Assembly: GCA_002104945.1 (NCBI GenBank) | Contig: MCFH01000020.1 | Coordinates: forward strand, 248,001 to 312,000 | DNA: 64,000 nucleotides | Direction: 5' to 3' | Source: Piromyces finnis finn | Lineage: Eukaryota; Fungi; Neocallimastigomycota | Shown here: positions 41,138-55,017 of the stretch, in pieces | Position numbering within the stretch: position 1 is the stretch's first letter | Layout of the letters: every line of letters begins with the position of its first letter | Made by a program: the position numbers and the translations under genes | Notes under the pieces: model-generated | The model's input: the letters and a program-made list of their open reading frames with translations, nothing else | Databases searched by the model: none | What the model was told of the DNA's origin: nothing

Positions 41138-41765
41138 TTGATCGCTTACTATCTAACAAAATTGCTATGATAACAAAAACAACAATAACAATAATAAATT
41201 AAAAAGGTATAATAATTAATGATTATCTATTCTACTAATTTATATATACAATTATATAAATAAACATACACACACACACACACATTCAACAATACATACT
41301 CCCTAAAGAATATTTTCATTTTTTAATTTTTATGTTATTTTATTTTTATTTTCTTTTTTTTGTATAAAATAATATTTTTGATAGAAGCTCTTTTTTTTTT
41401 TTTTTTTAAAAAAAAAATATATATATATATAAATAAATAAATTTATTTAAATTGTCTAAGTTTTTTCTTTTTTTTTTTCTTATGTTTTAATAAAACGGAT
41501 TGAATAAATTATTATTAATAAATATACATAGAGTTATATTTATTAATATATTTTTATATTTGGAATTTAATAATAATAATAATTGTTTTATAAATACGTA
41601 AATAATTTAATGGATAAATTTAAACAAAATAGTAAAATAGATATAATTTTTTTTATTATTAAAAAAAAAAAAGGTTGAATTAAAAAATAAAAATATAAAA
41701 TATTTGTAAAATAAAATGCAGGTTCAAAAATTTTAAATTTATAAAAAAAAAATTGGTTTTTGCTT

Positions 41766-43952
41766 TTAATTTTTTTCCACCTGAAACTTATGAGAAGAAG
41801 CGGAACGACTATGATTATAAGTTTCATGAGTAATGGTGAAACGACCTTTGGTATAAACTTCAACCTTATTTTCAGTTTTAATCATTTTTGGTGCTACTGT
41901 TGTTTTTTGAGTTAAGCAAAGTTTTTCAGTATCGTTCATCTCATTACTCCATGATGATGATGAAGAGGATGATGTAGGATAAACATTTGATTTATTTGGG
42001 AAAGAGGAATGAATAGGTTTAGAAATACTAGCAGCAATGGTATTTGAATTTATGTACATATTTTGTGTATCATTGACATTTGATTTATTTACGTTAATAT
42101 TAGTATTTGCAACATTGATGGATGATTTTGCCATTGGAAAAAGAACTGGTGATGGTGTAACTGAAATGGGTGAAGATGGTCCTTTTTTAATAGAAGAAGA
42201 TTGTGAACTTATAGAAATAGAAGAAGATATACGACTATGACAGCGACTATTATTATTGACGCCCATATCACGATAGTGATTATAATTTGTAGTATAAAAA
42301 TTTGAGGTTTGAATAGAATTAGTGGATTTAGATGCAGCTATTGGAGAATTGTTTACGGTGGAATGGAAGGCAACCCTTGGTAATGAATAAAATGTAGTAG
42401 AAATATTGTTCTTATTGATATCTGGAGAACCATTCATGGATTGCTGAAGATAGGAAGTGGATGAACAGTAAGAATCAAAATCACAATCTGCTAAATCAGA
42501 AACAAAACTTGTTGTGTTACCAGAATAAGATGAATAAATTGAACTTTCTGAAGTATTTTTATTAGCAACACAAGTTAAATTTGATTCGGTTGATTTTAAG
42601 GTAGAGATGCAAGAAGGTAATTTTCTTTCTATTTTTGGATTAGAAGTTTTGCGAGAAAGATCGCGTATTGGTCTTTGACAACACTTATTTATTTCATTCT
42701 TGAAGGATTGACAAGAAGAAGCCGATTTAGCGCATTCACCAGGAGCTGGTGGATTAAACATATCAAGGTTTAATATTGGAGCAGAATGTTTTCTTTTTTG
42801 ACGACCTAAACTTTTGATGGAAAGAGCATTATAAATTTCATTTGGTGTTGGAATCTTTCCGTTTGCAGTTAATTGTGAAAGTGTTGAACTTAAGGTACAA
42901 ATTGAATTTTTATCTTCATTATCATCTTCATCTTCCGAATCGCTATCATCGGAACAAATATTGATACCGACAGCTAATGCAAATTCCTTTGCTGTCATAT
43001 TATCACAAGTCTTATTTTGCATTGCTTCAATAATGCTATTAAGTCTACGATCAGGGGTAGATGGGGTAGCATTTTCATGATGTTTTAGTACAGGAGTATT
43101 GACAACAGAGGTACTTTGATTTGACGTCATTTTTTCAGTAATAGTATTTGAAGGTGTTGTAAAGTTACTGGTATCGATAGGAGTATGACGTGTTGTGGTG
43201 ACAGGTGTTTTATTTAAAATTTCCAAATCTTTATCATAAAGGTAATTTTCCTTTACCATATCTAATTGTAGTTGTCTTAAATTCTTTGGGATTTCATAGG
43301 ATTTTGCGGTATCAGTGGTTAATCCGTTATCATCATCGTAGTATAAAGTAGTAGAAGGATGAACGGGAACAGGAACTGGGGTATCTGAATAACTTCTTGG
43401 ACGTTGAACTGGGGTATTTATGTAATCAGAACTAGAACGACGATGGCAATGGCAATGACCGGTAGTTGATGTTAAATTATTAAGATAGGTATTATTATTA
43501 GTATCAACGGTTTTTGTTTGGGTATTGGTATCTTTTAATTCATTTTTAGATTCAATTGGTATAGAAGATATACGAATAAGAGGAGTAGGAGGCGAAAGAG
43601 GATTACTAGAAATATCGGAATTTAAAGAATTATTCTTTTTCACTGAATGTATAGTTAATTGTGAAGTTTTAGCGATTAAAGTTTTAGTAGATGTAGAATT
43701 AATTTCTTCGCTAGTTTCATATATTGTCTGATTAGACATACTATTATCACACTGTTGTTGTGATAATTTAGTCAAGCCTTCAAAAGAATTATTTCTTTTT
43801 GCATGGTTAAGTGCGCTGGTTAGGGAAGACGTATTTTTTCCATTTTTTAATTTTTTTGGAATTTTTAATGCTATTTTTGAGAACCATTTTTTGCTGTGAC
43901 TATCGGTAGTAGTTATACCACTTGAATTTTCTTTTTGTGTTGATTTTGGCAT
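41766..43952 (-). CDS. Uncharacterised intronless Ser/Thr/Asn-rich protein (728 aa), probably largely disordered
   Basis: Long ORF with coding-like GC. Short ordered-looking islands: MTAKEFALAVGINI, PILNLDMFNPP and C-terminal VYTKGRFTITHE. No domain I can name. Confidence 0.8.
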   Translation of the reverse strand: MPKSTQKENSSGITTTDSHSKKWFSKIALKIPKKLKNGKNTSSLTSALNHAKRNNSFEGLTKLSQQQCDNSMSNQTIYETSEEINSTSTKTLIAKTSQLTIHSVKKNNSLNSDISSNPLSPPTPLIRISSIPIESKNELKDTNTQTKTVDTNNNTYLNNLTSTTGHCHCHRRSSSDYINTPVQRPRSYSDTPVPVPVHPSTTLYYDDDNGLTTDTAKSYEIPKNLRQLQLDMVKENYLYDKDLEILNKTPVTTTRHTPIDTSNFTTPSNTITEKMTSNQSTSVVNTPVLKHHENATPSTPDRRLNSIIEAMQNKTCDNMTAKEFALAVGINICSDDSDSEDEDDNEDKNSICTLSSTLSQLTANGKIPTPNEIYNALSIKSLGRQKRKHSAPILNLDMFNPPAPGECAKSASSCQSFKNEINKCCQRPIRDLSRKTSNPKIERKLPSCISTLKSTESNLTCVANKNTSESSIYSSYSGNTTSFVSDLADCDFDSYCSSTSYLQQSMNGSPDINKNNISTTFYSLPRVAFHSTVNNSPIAASKSTNSIQTSNFYTTNYNHYRDMGVNNNSRCHSRISSSISISSQSSSIKKGPSSPISVTPSPVLFPMAKSSINVANTNINVNKSNVNDTQNMYINSNTIAASISKPIHSSFPNKSNVYPTSSSSSSSWSNEMNDTEKLCLTQKTTVAPKMIKTENKVEVYTKGRFTITHETYNHSRSASSHKFQVEKN

Positions 43953-44983
43953 TATAATAATAGTATTTCGATTGTTGTTAATAATATAGATAATAATAGA
44001 GTTATGCTTTGAGTAAGAAAGAAAAAAAATTTTTTAAAACTTGGTGTAAATTATAAAAAAAAAAAGTAGTATGTGCAAAAAAATTTTAATATGGTACAGT
44101 TTTCAAAAAGATAAAAAAAAAAAAAAGAATATTTATAATAGTTGCTGTGTATGTTTGTTCAGGTTGTTAATATTTTGCGTTTTTATCAATTTCTTTTAAT
44201 GCTCTTATATATAAAATATTTTATTTTGCAAGTGTATATTTTATTGCGTTGGGTTTTTTTTTTATTTACTTCACTTTTTGTTATCTTTTTCTTTTACGTT
44301 TCATTATTCTAATTTTTCTATCATAAATAAATAAAAAAAAAAAAGATATTAGAAAATTAAATTCAACATTTTGTATAAAAAAATGGAATAAAAAATAGTT
44401 GAACATTAAAAAAAAACGATATATTATATATTATTGTAACAAGCCCCAACAATATACATATATAGTTCCTTATCTGTAACTATTACAAAATAAAAAAGGA
44501 AATATAATTTTTATTTGAAGAAATTTATTTGTAGGAAAAATTGAATACATTTTTACTATAAATATGTAAACAACTCAAATAAAAATAGCAATCTTATAAT
44601 AGTAAACCTTTTTTATTTTATATATTGTTTAAAAATTTTAATGTTCAAAATTTTATATATATACATATTATTTGAAAAAAAAAATAATAATAAATATAAT
44701 AGGTACTTTTTCAATTGTAATTAGAAATTAAAAAATATTTCTTTTTTTTTAAATGTTATATTTTACAACTATTCATTATTTCTCTTTAAAGGTGACTTTT
44801 TTATTTATTATTAATACTATTTTAAAAAAGTATGATATAAAAATATTAATAAATATTTTTATAATTCATAATTATTTTGTATAAAAATATAAATTTGAAA
44901 AATTAAAATAAAAAAAAAAAAAAAAGAAATTTGTTTCATTAAATAGTCAAAAATTTTTTTAACTAATAAATTATTTTTATGAC

Positions 44984-44987
<4 letters not shown>

Positions 44988-45041
<54 letters not shown>

Positions 45042-45573
45042 TTCCGAGTGCATTTCTCCCATCGATCAGAGTTAGCTCCAATGGTGGTTCTTAGAGAAAC
45101 GTTGGCTCATTCCTATTGCTAGGTGGTTGTGACCCTCCTGGTCTGTCATACTGTTTCTTCAGCTTCGACGCTCACTTAATCCATGTACATTAGATGCATG
45201 TCGTTGTACGATATTTCACAACTACAATGCTAAGCCTCTTATAGTCAATTTGATCACGTGTCAACCGCCCCCTAATGTTTACACTTAAATTGATTAAGGA
45301 ATATTATGTGTTTTTGGCATAGCCTAAGTCACCACTTATTAAGTTCTAATTTGGAATGTACCATGTACACTAGACCCTCTCAGGCCGGCTAGACGAGTGT
45401 TATTATCATAGTAGTAAATTAGAAAGTTCATTTATACTTACCTGAATATCATAACCCAACCCATGGCAAACCCAGTGGGAAAATCCACAGGCACTGACAT
45501 CTGCGGGGTCGAACCAGAAGCCTTATGTATGCTAAGGAAACGCCTTAACAACCAGGATAAAAACTGGAACGAC
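44988..45573 (-). mobile_element. SINE copy 2, apparently full length (535-nt body plus 51-nt poly(A))
   Basis: 12-bp TSD TTTATGACAAAA at 44976-44987 and 45574-45585. Head TCCTGGTTGTTAAGGCG...GGTTCGACCCCGCAGATGTCA resembles the tRNA-Ser D-arm and T-arm/acceptor (yeast GCCGAGTGGTTAAGGCG...GGTTCGAGTCCTGCAGTTGTCG, recalled from memory). Confidence 0.92.
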
Positions 45574-48500
45574 TTTATGACAAAAAATAAAAAAAATTTC
45601 ATCATTTTTTTGATATTTATTTAGTAGTTTATTTATTCATTCATTGACTAATTTAATTAATTATTTATTTATTTATTTATTTCATTAGAAATACTAGAAA
45701 TGAATAAAAGTTTTATACTATTTATTTGATAATGTAAAGATAATAAATAGTAAATTAATTAGAATGATTATATTTATATATATAATAGTATGATTCATTC
45801 ATATATTAAAATATATAGTAATATTTGAAAATGGATTTAATTTCATAGTTATAAAAATTATTTAAATCATTTATTATTCTATATATTAATAATATATTAG
45901 GAATAATTTAATTCTATTTACTTACTAGATCTTTATAACAAAATAATGTATTTAGTATTGATATATATTACAGATTATTGATAATATATTGTACCTGTCG
46001 AATGAATAGAATTCTTTTCTATATAACAATATATTATAATACTATTTTTATTCTATTTCCCAATTTATTTTATTATACTAAATTAAATGCTATTTATTTA
46101 TTAATGAATGTATATGGATTTATATTAAAATATTTTATGTTGAAATATCAATAGATGGATGTCAATAATTATTCTATATATATTAAAATATACTCTAATA
46201 TATAGTAACTTAATTTTTAAACACAAACAACTTTTAATTAAATTGACAACATAAATATATTATAATATATTAATTTTCTATTTATTTAAATTTTATAGGA
46301 ATATATGAAGTTAAAATATAATAATATATTAAATATTATATTCCATTAAACTTTATTCTATATAAAATCTTAATAGAAAAGGACTAGTACATCATCAAAA
46401 AGTTTACATTTTATGAATTTAATAAAGTTAACTCTAGATATGAACCTTGTTTATATTAAATTAATATCAATACTATATTATTATATATTCCGTTATATAT
46501 TAATATAAATGAATGGATTTATTTTTAATATATTTATATACATTATACATTATAATACATTATAATATTCTGGAATTTCTTTAATGATTATTGTAGTAAA
46601 ATAGAAATTTTTCATCTTATTATTTTTAGTAATATATTATTATAATATATAAAATATATTAATAATAAATATAATATATATTATAATATACATTTAATAT
46701 ATGTATGAAATCAATCAATTTTAAGAAATTTCTTAAAAATTGAATTTATGCTTAATCTGAAATAGGTAATAAATATATAAATGAATAAATAATTAATAAA
46801 ATAAATAAATTACTAGTTTTTTTCTAAAATCCTCCAATAGTAAAAAATAAATTAATTCATTCGCGCATAATATTAAAAAAAAAACAAATAGCCAAAGTTA
46901 TTTCTTGCTTGTATAATGGATAAGGTTTATTCTTGGTTTGATTTGATAGCTATGAGAATTTCAGTAATTAATTGAAATAAAAGAAAAAGAACCAATATTT
47001 TGCTATCCTTTATTACACTATGCCATTTTAATACATTTTAATACTAGATGAAACGGGTTAAATGGAGATTAAAAATGAACAAAAATTTTCCTGTTGATAT
47101 GTTATGTTGTAAAGATATTAATATTATTTCAAGTCATATGAAATATTTCTAAAACAAAATGTATTTATGTATTTATTAAATAAATTTATTATTTAAAATT
47201 TTCCTTTTTTTTTTTTTTTGGTATTAAAAAAAGAGTAAATTTACATAATAAAAAAGTATAAGGATAGGATTTTAGTTAGAAATTAATACATCAATTCTTT
47301 AATGGTTCATAATAATCCATTTCATTTCATTTATTCATAAGATTTTATAATATTAAAAGTGATGAACGATAGAATTATGAATTTTTTTTTTACCTAAATA
47401 TGATGTAGAGACAAATGTCATTTGATATAATAGTTTTTCTGTTACACCATAACACTTTTAAAAAAAAAAACTATTATTTATATTGATTAAAATTTATATT
47501 ACTATAATTAAGTTTATTAATATTGTTTTAGTATAATTTTATTTCAATAGGTATATATTTGTAATTATATTAAATGAATAACTTTTATTTACATAAAATT
47601 ATTATTATTTAGTATTGATATTGCTTATTATTTACTTTTTTATCGTATGGATGATTTTTGCAATATTACTAATTTAGTAACTATTTGAAACCAAAAAAAA
47701 ATAATATATATATATTTTAAAAAGCTAAGACTGTTTAAAAAAATTATAAACTATTATATATATTTTTTTTACATAAAAAGCAATAAACTCTAATAGAGAT
47801 GGTTATCTTAATTTTTTTAAACTTTTTTACAATAAAAATAATAAAAAAAAACAAATTCATTATTCTTTTTTTTTTTCTTTTTTTTCTTCTTCTTCTTTTT
47901 CTCACCACAAAAAGTTGATGGTTTTGGCCTTTTTTTTTGGCAATATCAAAAAAATGGAAATTTTAATTTAAAAAAAAATTTATTTTAACTTTCATCTTAA
48001 AAAAAATTACCATATTTGGTAGGAATCAATTAAATTCAAATTTCCATATTTAGGAATTTTTAATTTTTATCATACAAATAAGATTAGTATTTTTATAAAA
48101 ATTATAAAGGAGAGTTTATGGGCTATTCCATTTAGAACATTGCCTATGATTTGTTGCTTGAAAGACACAAAATAAAATTGATAGATGAAAGAATATAAAC
48201 AACAAAACAAAAAAGAACAATAATATAAAAATAATATAAATAATATTATTGTTATGAGTAATTATAAATATAACAATATTATGATTAATAAATAATAATT
48301 AATTAACTAATATATATTTGGATAAAAAAAATAAAGGATGTTAGTGTGTCATACACTTTTATCATTATTACCTAATAATAGTTTTTTTTATTCAAAATTT
48401 AATAATTTTTATTTAATAAGGTTTATTAATAACAGAAAAGAGTTGAATTTGTCTTTTTATTTTTTAAATTAAAACTTATTGATCAAAAGACCAACTTTCA

Positions 48501-50327
48501 TAAATTAAATTAAAAGATGAAAGATATACCTTTTTTCTTTTGTTTTGCTTTTACTATTCATTCATTAACTCTGTCAGAAATATATTTGTTAGTATTTAAA
48601 AAAATATAATAATTAATTTAACATACCTTTATTCTCTCTTGATCTAGTTTTTTTTTTTTTTAAAAATCAACTAGTTATAATTTTCCTTTTTTTTTATATT
48701 GTTGTTGTTGTTTATGTTATGATCTTGCCTGATATTTCTCCCTTTACCCTTTTAATTGTGGCGCATGCTTACCTTTTACTTTTATGATGCACTTTTGTCG
48801 TTATATTTAATTTTTAATTATATTCATAGATGAAATAGTATGAGAATAGAAAACATTAAGATTTCCTTTTTTGTATTATCCATTTTATTTTAAAACGATT
48901 TATTTATTCATCCACAAGAAAAAAGTCACATTATCCTTTTTTCATACTAAATGAATATTTTTTAACCTTTATAAGCATTTTATTTCCAAAAAAAGAGGAA
49001 TTTAACAGGATTAAAATTTAAATAACAATTTTTAATTAAAAAGAGAATGGTATTTCAGGTTTTTCTGTATTTTAACATAGAATTATATAAAACATCACGT
49101 TTCTTTTTTTTTAAAAAAAATGATTAATTAATTAATAAATGTGCTGAAACAAATTCAAATGATTTTATTTCAATAACTACAAATGAATAAAAAAGGAAAT
49201 AAAATGAAAGAGTTAAAATAAATAATGAATACTAAACCAAAAAGTTTTTAATACTAAATAAAAAAAAAGGATTATAATAATAATTATATAAAGGATAGGG
49301 CAATAATACCATCCTACTCATCAACACCTTTTTTGGAGGATACAATAAAAAACAATAATACTTTGAAAAAAAAAAAAAAAGGAAGTTGTGGAATAAATTT
49401 TCGCTTTTATTTCTACATAGAAATAGAATGAATCAAGCATATTTAATATTTAATATATTATAAATAAATTCATATTAAATAATAATTTATTTATTAATTT
49501 ATTTCTTATTTATTATTATATAAGATAATAGAAATAAGGATTAAAAAAGGCAACTTTATCATGTATTAAAATGAAAAATATACAAAAAAGGAAATAATTA
49601 ATAATTACCAAATATATAAAGCTTTTTTATTAAAAATCAATATTATCTAATTAATATATATTTTAATTTATTTAAAGTTAATTTATAATATACGTAATAG
49701 TTTATAGTTTAAAAACTTTATTTAGTAATAAATTTCAATTTTTAATTAATTACCAGAAAAAAAATATAAGATTGAGTTTAAAATAAAAAATTAATATTAG
49801 ATATTTATATATTAGATTACATTATTATAATATATTAACTTTTAATACTTTTTAATTTTAATTAATTTTTTTTTCTTTAAAAAAAACTAATCATTACAAA
49901 AAAAAAAAAAAGGCAACTTTCGATATTAGTAGAATTTACGATGAAATTCAGCTGATAAATTATAAAATTTTTTAGAAAAAAGTGTAGAAGGTAACAATTA
50001 TTCCTCTGCTCTATTTATACCTATTTAATTAGTAATTAGTAATAGGTTCATTTAGCCTATTACTAATTAAATCATTTTTTCTAGTTTATTAATAGATTAT
50101 CAATAGCAGTTAAACTAAGCAAAAAAAAAAAAAAGTTTTTTTTGTCTCTAGTGATGAAATAATAATTTTACTGGCAAAGCAATTAAATTAATTAAAACTT
50201 TGTATTGTTTATGAATAATCGTTTATTAAAAAAAAAAAAGCAAATTATTAAATAAACGTTAATAATATGGGATAAATGAATCAACATTTTTAATTCATAA
50301 TTTTAATAAAATATTAAAGTTTATTAC

Positions 50328-50475
50328 TTTAGGTTATTAATATTATTTACAAAAATATAAAAGAAATATAATCAAAATAAAAAAGTATTTAATAATAATA
50401 ATTTAGGTTATTAATATTATTTACAAAAATATAAAAGAAATATAATCAAAATAAAAAAGTATTTAATAATAATAA
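50328..50475. repeat. 74-bp perfect tandem duplication
   Basis: Unit tttaggttattaatattatttacaaaaatataaaagaaatataatcaaaataaaaaagtatttaataataataa occurs at 50328 and 50402. Confidence 0.9.
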
Positions 50476-53400
50476 TTTAAAGGTTAAACATTATAAACCA
50501 ATTTAACTTCATGTGATAGAGTATAAAAATAATAAATTTCTAATCGTATTTGTAATCAGTATTTATTACTAATAATATTTACCTATAGAAAAATATTTTC
50601 ATTAATTATTAATAATTTCAAAAAAAAAAATATTTATTATTATTATTATTTATAATTGAAGTTTTTTAAAAAAAAAAAAAAAGTGTTAAAATACATTAAT
50701 ACATTAATGCATCTAGTATTGTATTAATGTAAAACTTTACAAAGTTTAAATTATCATAATAAAAATACAGAAAATTTTCAACCATTAAAATCATTAATGT
50801 AAAATAAAATGTAATATTAAAAAGTATAATATATATATATATATTTTTTTAAAAAAAAGAATAATACATTAACATTAAATAATAGAAAAATGTATTTTTT
50901 TGCATTTATCAATTATATTATTTAATGTACTGAATACACTATAAAAAGTTTTTTATTCATAAAGATAAAATAGGATACCAAAATTTAAATAATAGATAGA
51001 TAGAATTAGTTTGATACTATTTTTAATGAGTAGCAAATGAATAATGAAACAGGATAGGGAGAGAGGAGAGAATGACAATTTGATAATGAATAATGATTAT
51101 CTCCAATATATCTATAGAAAAAACTAAAAATATCTATAGAAAAAAAGAATAATAATAAAAAAAAAAAGATGATTCTATAAAATTAAAGTCATCATTATTG
51201 ACGATTTAAAAGATAGGAGGAAAGGAGGGGAAGACAGATTTTCTCTAGATTTTTATATCCCATGATCTATATCATGTTATAATGAAATTAGAACATGTGA
51301 ATTTATTCAAAATTTACATAAATAGTTTTGGTGAAAGGGATGCCTTATTTGTCTATTTTTTGCTAGAAACCTATAAATAAATAAAAAATGATTCTAGAGA
51401 ATAAACCTTAATTTTTAGTTTATGATCCTTTTTATAATAAATAAAGTTCTGATACATTTACATTTTTGTCCATTACGACACGATTTTAAAGTTTTTAAAG
51501 TTTTTAAAGTATAATAAACTTTCATTTAAATTAAAAAAGTATTTTCGTTTTTTTTAAAAGTTCTAGATGCTTTTTTTAATTAATTATAAAGAGAAATTGC
51601 GGCAGTTTAAAAAGCAAAAGTTATTATTAAATCATCATTCATTTAATAATAACTTTGTAAATATTTATAATAAAATAATTGCAAGAAAATAATTTATTAT
51701 TCAAAAAGTCAATAAAGAAATTATAATATTTCTTTTAGAAGAAAAAGATTAGACTTTATTATACTTTAAATACTTTTATCTATAGGAAAAGGTTCAGAAA
51801 AAAAATGTTGTTTAGTATCATTGATCCTTATTTGGTTTACTTTTTTTTTATTATTATTGATATTTTTAGATATCAGAAAAAAAAAAGCAATAAATAATGT
51901 TCATTTTTAATATTTTTTCAGCTATTGAAATAGAAAAAATATCATTTTTTTTTACGACGACTTGTTTAATCCTACCGTAGAATAAAATATTTATGGTTGC
52001 TTTAGGCTGGAATGAAAAAATTAAAGTTTTCTTTAGAATCTATAGAACATTCTTTACAATTTAAATTTAATTTATTTTTTGTACGAATGACGGAGGATAT
52101 AAAAAATATAAAAAATGAAATAGATTAAATCACGGGAATATAAAATTAATGTAATTAAATTTTTAATTAATGTAATGTAAAATGTAAAACAAATTTATAT
52201 TAAAAAAAAAAGAATTACAAAGTTTAATCCTTAAAAAAAATGTCAAACATCCCCTTCAAATTTCTTTTTTTTTTTTTTTTTGAAATTTTGAATTTTCTAT
52301 AATAAAAACTATTTTCAACTGCCTGCTGCCATTGTTCCTTCTTAATACTTAGGGTAATTATTTAGGATTTAAGTGTATTATTATGCTATTATGGATAAGG
52401 GTTGTTGAGTTGTAGTTAGTGTATTTTTGAGGTTATGAATAAAAAAAAAAAAAAGTCCTTTTATTATCATTTTTAAATAAAGTTTAATAATTAATAAAAA
52501 AATTTTTTTTTTTTTTTTTCACTTTCTCGACATTAATAGTTGTAATTTAATATTTTATTTTTTATAAAAAATATAAAATACATTTATATCATTACCACCA
52601 CTACCACTACTACTACCTAGTAACAACAACAACAACAACAACCATAAAAAAATATTAATAAGGTTAAAAAAAAAAATATTGTAATTGTAATGCATGAATG
52701 CAATGCATGAAAAATAATTCATTTTTAAACCAATAATATTTAAAAAAAAAAAAAATAGAGATAAAATAGATATTAAACATTTTTATCAATAGTAAAAAGT
52801 ATAAATAATAAATAATAAATAATAAATAATAATAGTAAATAGTAAATGATAATAGAATTATGTATTCATTCATAAATATAATAATATTATTTTATTAGAT
52901 TATTATTATTATTATTATTATTCATATTAGTTATAATATTTCTATTAATTAAATATAAAAATTAATAATGCATTTAAAAAAATTTTATGATAATTGCATA
53001 AAACTTCATTTAATACTATTACTACTTTTTTTTTTTCTTTTAAAAAAAAAGTCTTTAATAATATTAGTAATTTAGTAATTATTTATCATTATTATTATTA
53101 TTATTATTATTATAATCTAGATAATTTTTTATTATTATTATTTTTATATTTAACTTTATATTTGAATGACAATAATATTTACTATGAAATATGCTATAAT
53201 AAATTATATTAATTGTATTATTTACAGTATGGAGGATTTATTAATTTATTATAGTTTAATAATAATAAAATATTTATTAATAATAATTAAAATAGAGTTG
53301 TATAGTTTTTTAATCTTTAATTGTCATTATTATTCATTATTGTTATTTTAATTTGCATTAAATATTAATTGTTATTACCTATCTATTTATATTATTTATC

Positions 53401-55017
53401 AATTTTTTTTTTTTTAAAAAAAAAACAATTTAAAGTTTTAACCGTTCAGTAATAAATAAATAAAAATCAACTTTGAAAATGAAATTAATAAACTTTTTTT
53501 TAATTTTAAACTAAATTTAAAGTTAAGCATTGTTAAATAAATAAAAAAAAAGTTTATAATTTGTAGATTAGTTTTTGATAAAAATGAATTAAAAAAAAAT
53601 AATAAATAATAGTAAGGATAAAAAATAGCAATGAATAAAAATCAATAAATATTAAAATAAAATGTTAAACTTTTTTTTTTTTATTGATATTTTATCATTC
53701 TTATCTTATTATAAAAAGTATAATGAAAAGTTAATTATCAAATAGTATGGATGCGGTGATTTTTTTTTTTTTTTTTTTCATTATCATAAATAATAGTATT
53801 AAGATTTAAATAATTAAAAGAAATAAATAATGCAGAGTCTATTCTATAACAAAAATAATACTATTTTTTTTTCATAGCATTAGTTCAATTAATAAGAATT
53901 ATCCTTGATATAGGTGTAAAAAAAGGATTAAATAGTATAGCTTTATATTACATTAAAAAAATAAAAAGTAACATTTTTTATTTTTTGTTCATTTTAAAAA
54001 GTTGAAGTAAAATTTTAATAAAGTTATATATAAAGACCATTTATTTCAATATTCTTAATTTATTTTAATATAAGGAAAAAAAAAAAAATATATTATTTTC
54101 CTCTTCCTTTTCTTTTTTTTTTTTTTTCTTCTATAAATAATAAATATCCATTTTTTAAATGAAATAATAAAAAATTAAAACATTACAAAAAATATATCTG
54201 TCAGATCATACAAAATAAAAATAAAAAGAAAAAAAGAAATCTTTAATGTTTTAATAGGATGATGAACTTATCAAAAAAAAAAAAAAAAAAAAAAATTGCC
54301 AATAGGATAAATAACTATTTCTTTATAAAAGTAATTTAAAAAAAAAAGAATTCTATCAACAAAAAGTCCTTATAAATGTAATAGTTTTATAATTTTTTTT
54401 TTTTTTTTCTATATAATTTTTACTTTTTTCCTTTTTTTAAAGAGTATATATTTATTATGAAAAAAAAAAAAAAAAAAAAATAGGAAAAAATAGGAAAAAA
54501 GAAAGAAAGCAAAATGTCAAAAAGATGGTTTAAAAATTCCTGAATGAAAAAAAAAAAAAAAAAAAAAACTTGTTCATCCTTTCTATATTCCTATGAACAA
54601 ACATAAGTGAGAGAGTGTGTAGTGGCTAGAATTATTTATCATTATTAATAATAATAGATGTTTAGATTTTCAAAATGATTAACACAGATGATATATAAAA
54701 ACTACTTTTTTTTATTGTTTTTTTTTTTATTATTTTTATTTTTTTTTTTTTTATTTTTTTTTTTTACCTAAAAAAATAAATAATAGAATTATTTATTTAT
54801 ATAGTTACAAAATAATTATTTATTTTCAAATTTTCCTTTTTATTTTTGTTTGGTAAATTATAGGAAAAGGAATGAATATATATAATATAATTAATAACTA
54901 TAACATTCTTATTTAATTTGTCTATGGATAGAATTTATACTTATTAATTATTTATTTAGTAATTATCTCTATACTAAATTAAATCTATTGTTTTTTTTTT
55001 TTTTTTTTTTTTTACTT

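Noticed and set aside
45357-45380. GGGTCTA...CATGGTAC similarity between SINE copy 2 and the LINE 5' monomer
   Set aside because: Two short words with different spacing, broken in SINE copies 1 and 3 and overlapping the 16S-like segment. Cannot be separated from chance.
45500-45573. Functional tRNA gene
   Set aside because: The acceptor stem does not pair, the anticodon loop is non-canonical, and the sequence continues into a retroposon body.
45600-55000. About 9-kb ORF-free stretch (also 58000-61500) as a special locus
   Set aside because: Long AT-rich intergenic regions are ordinary in such genomes. I found no convincing snoRNA, exon or array, although small exons could be missed.
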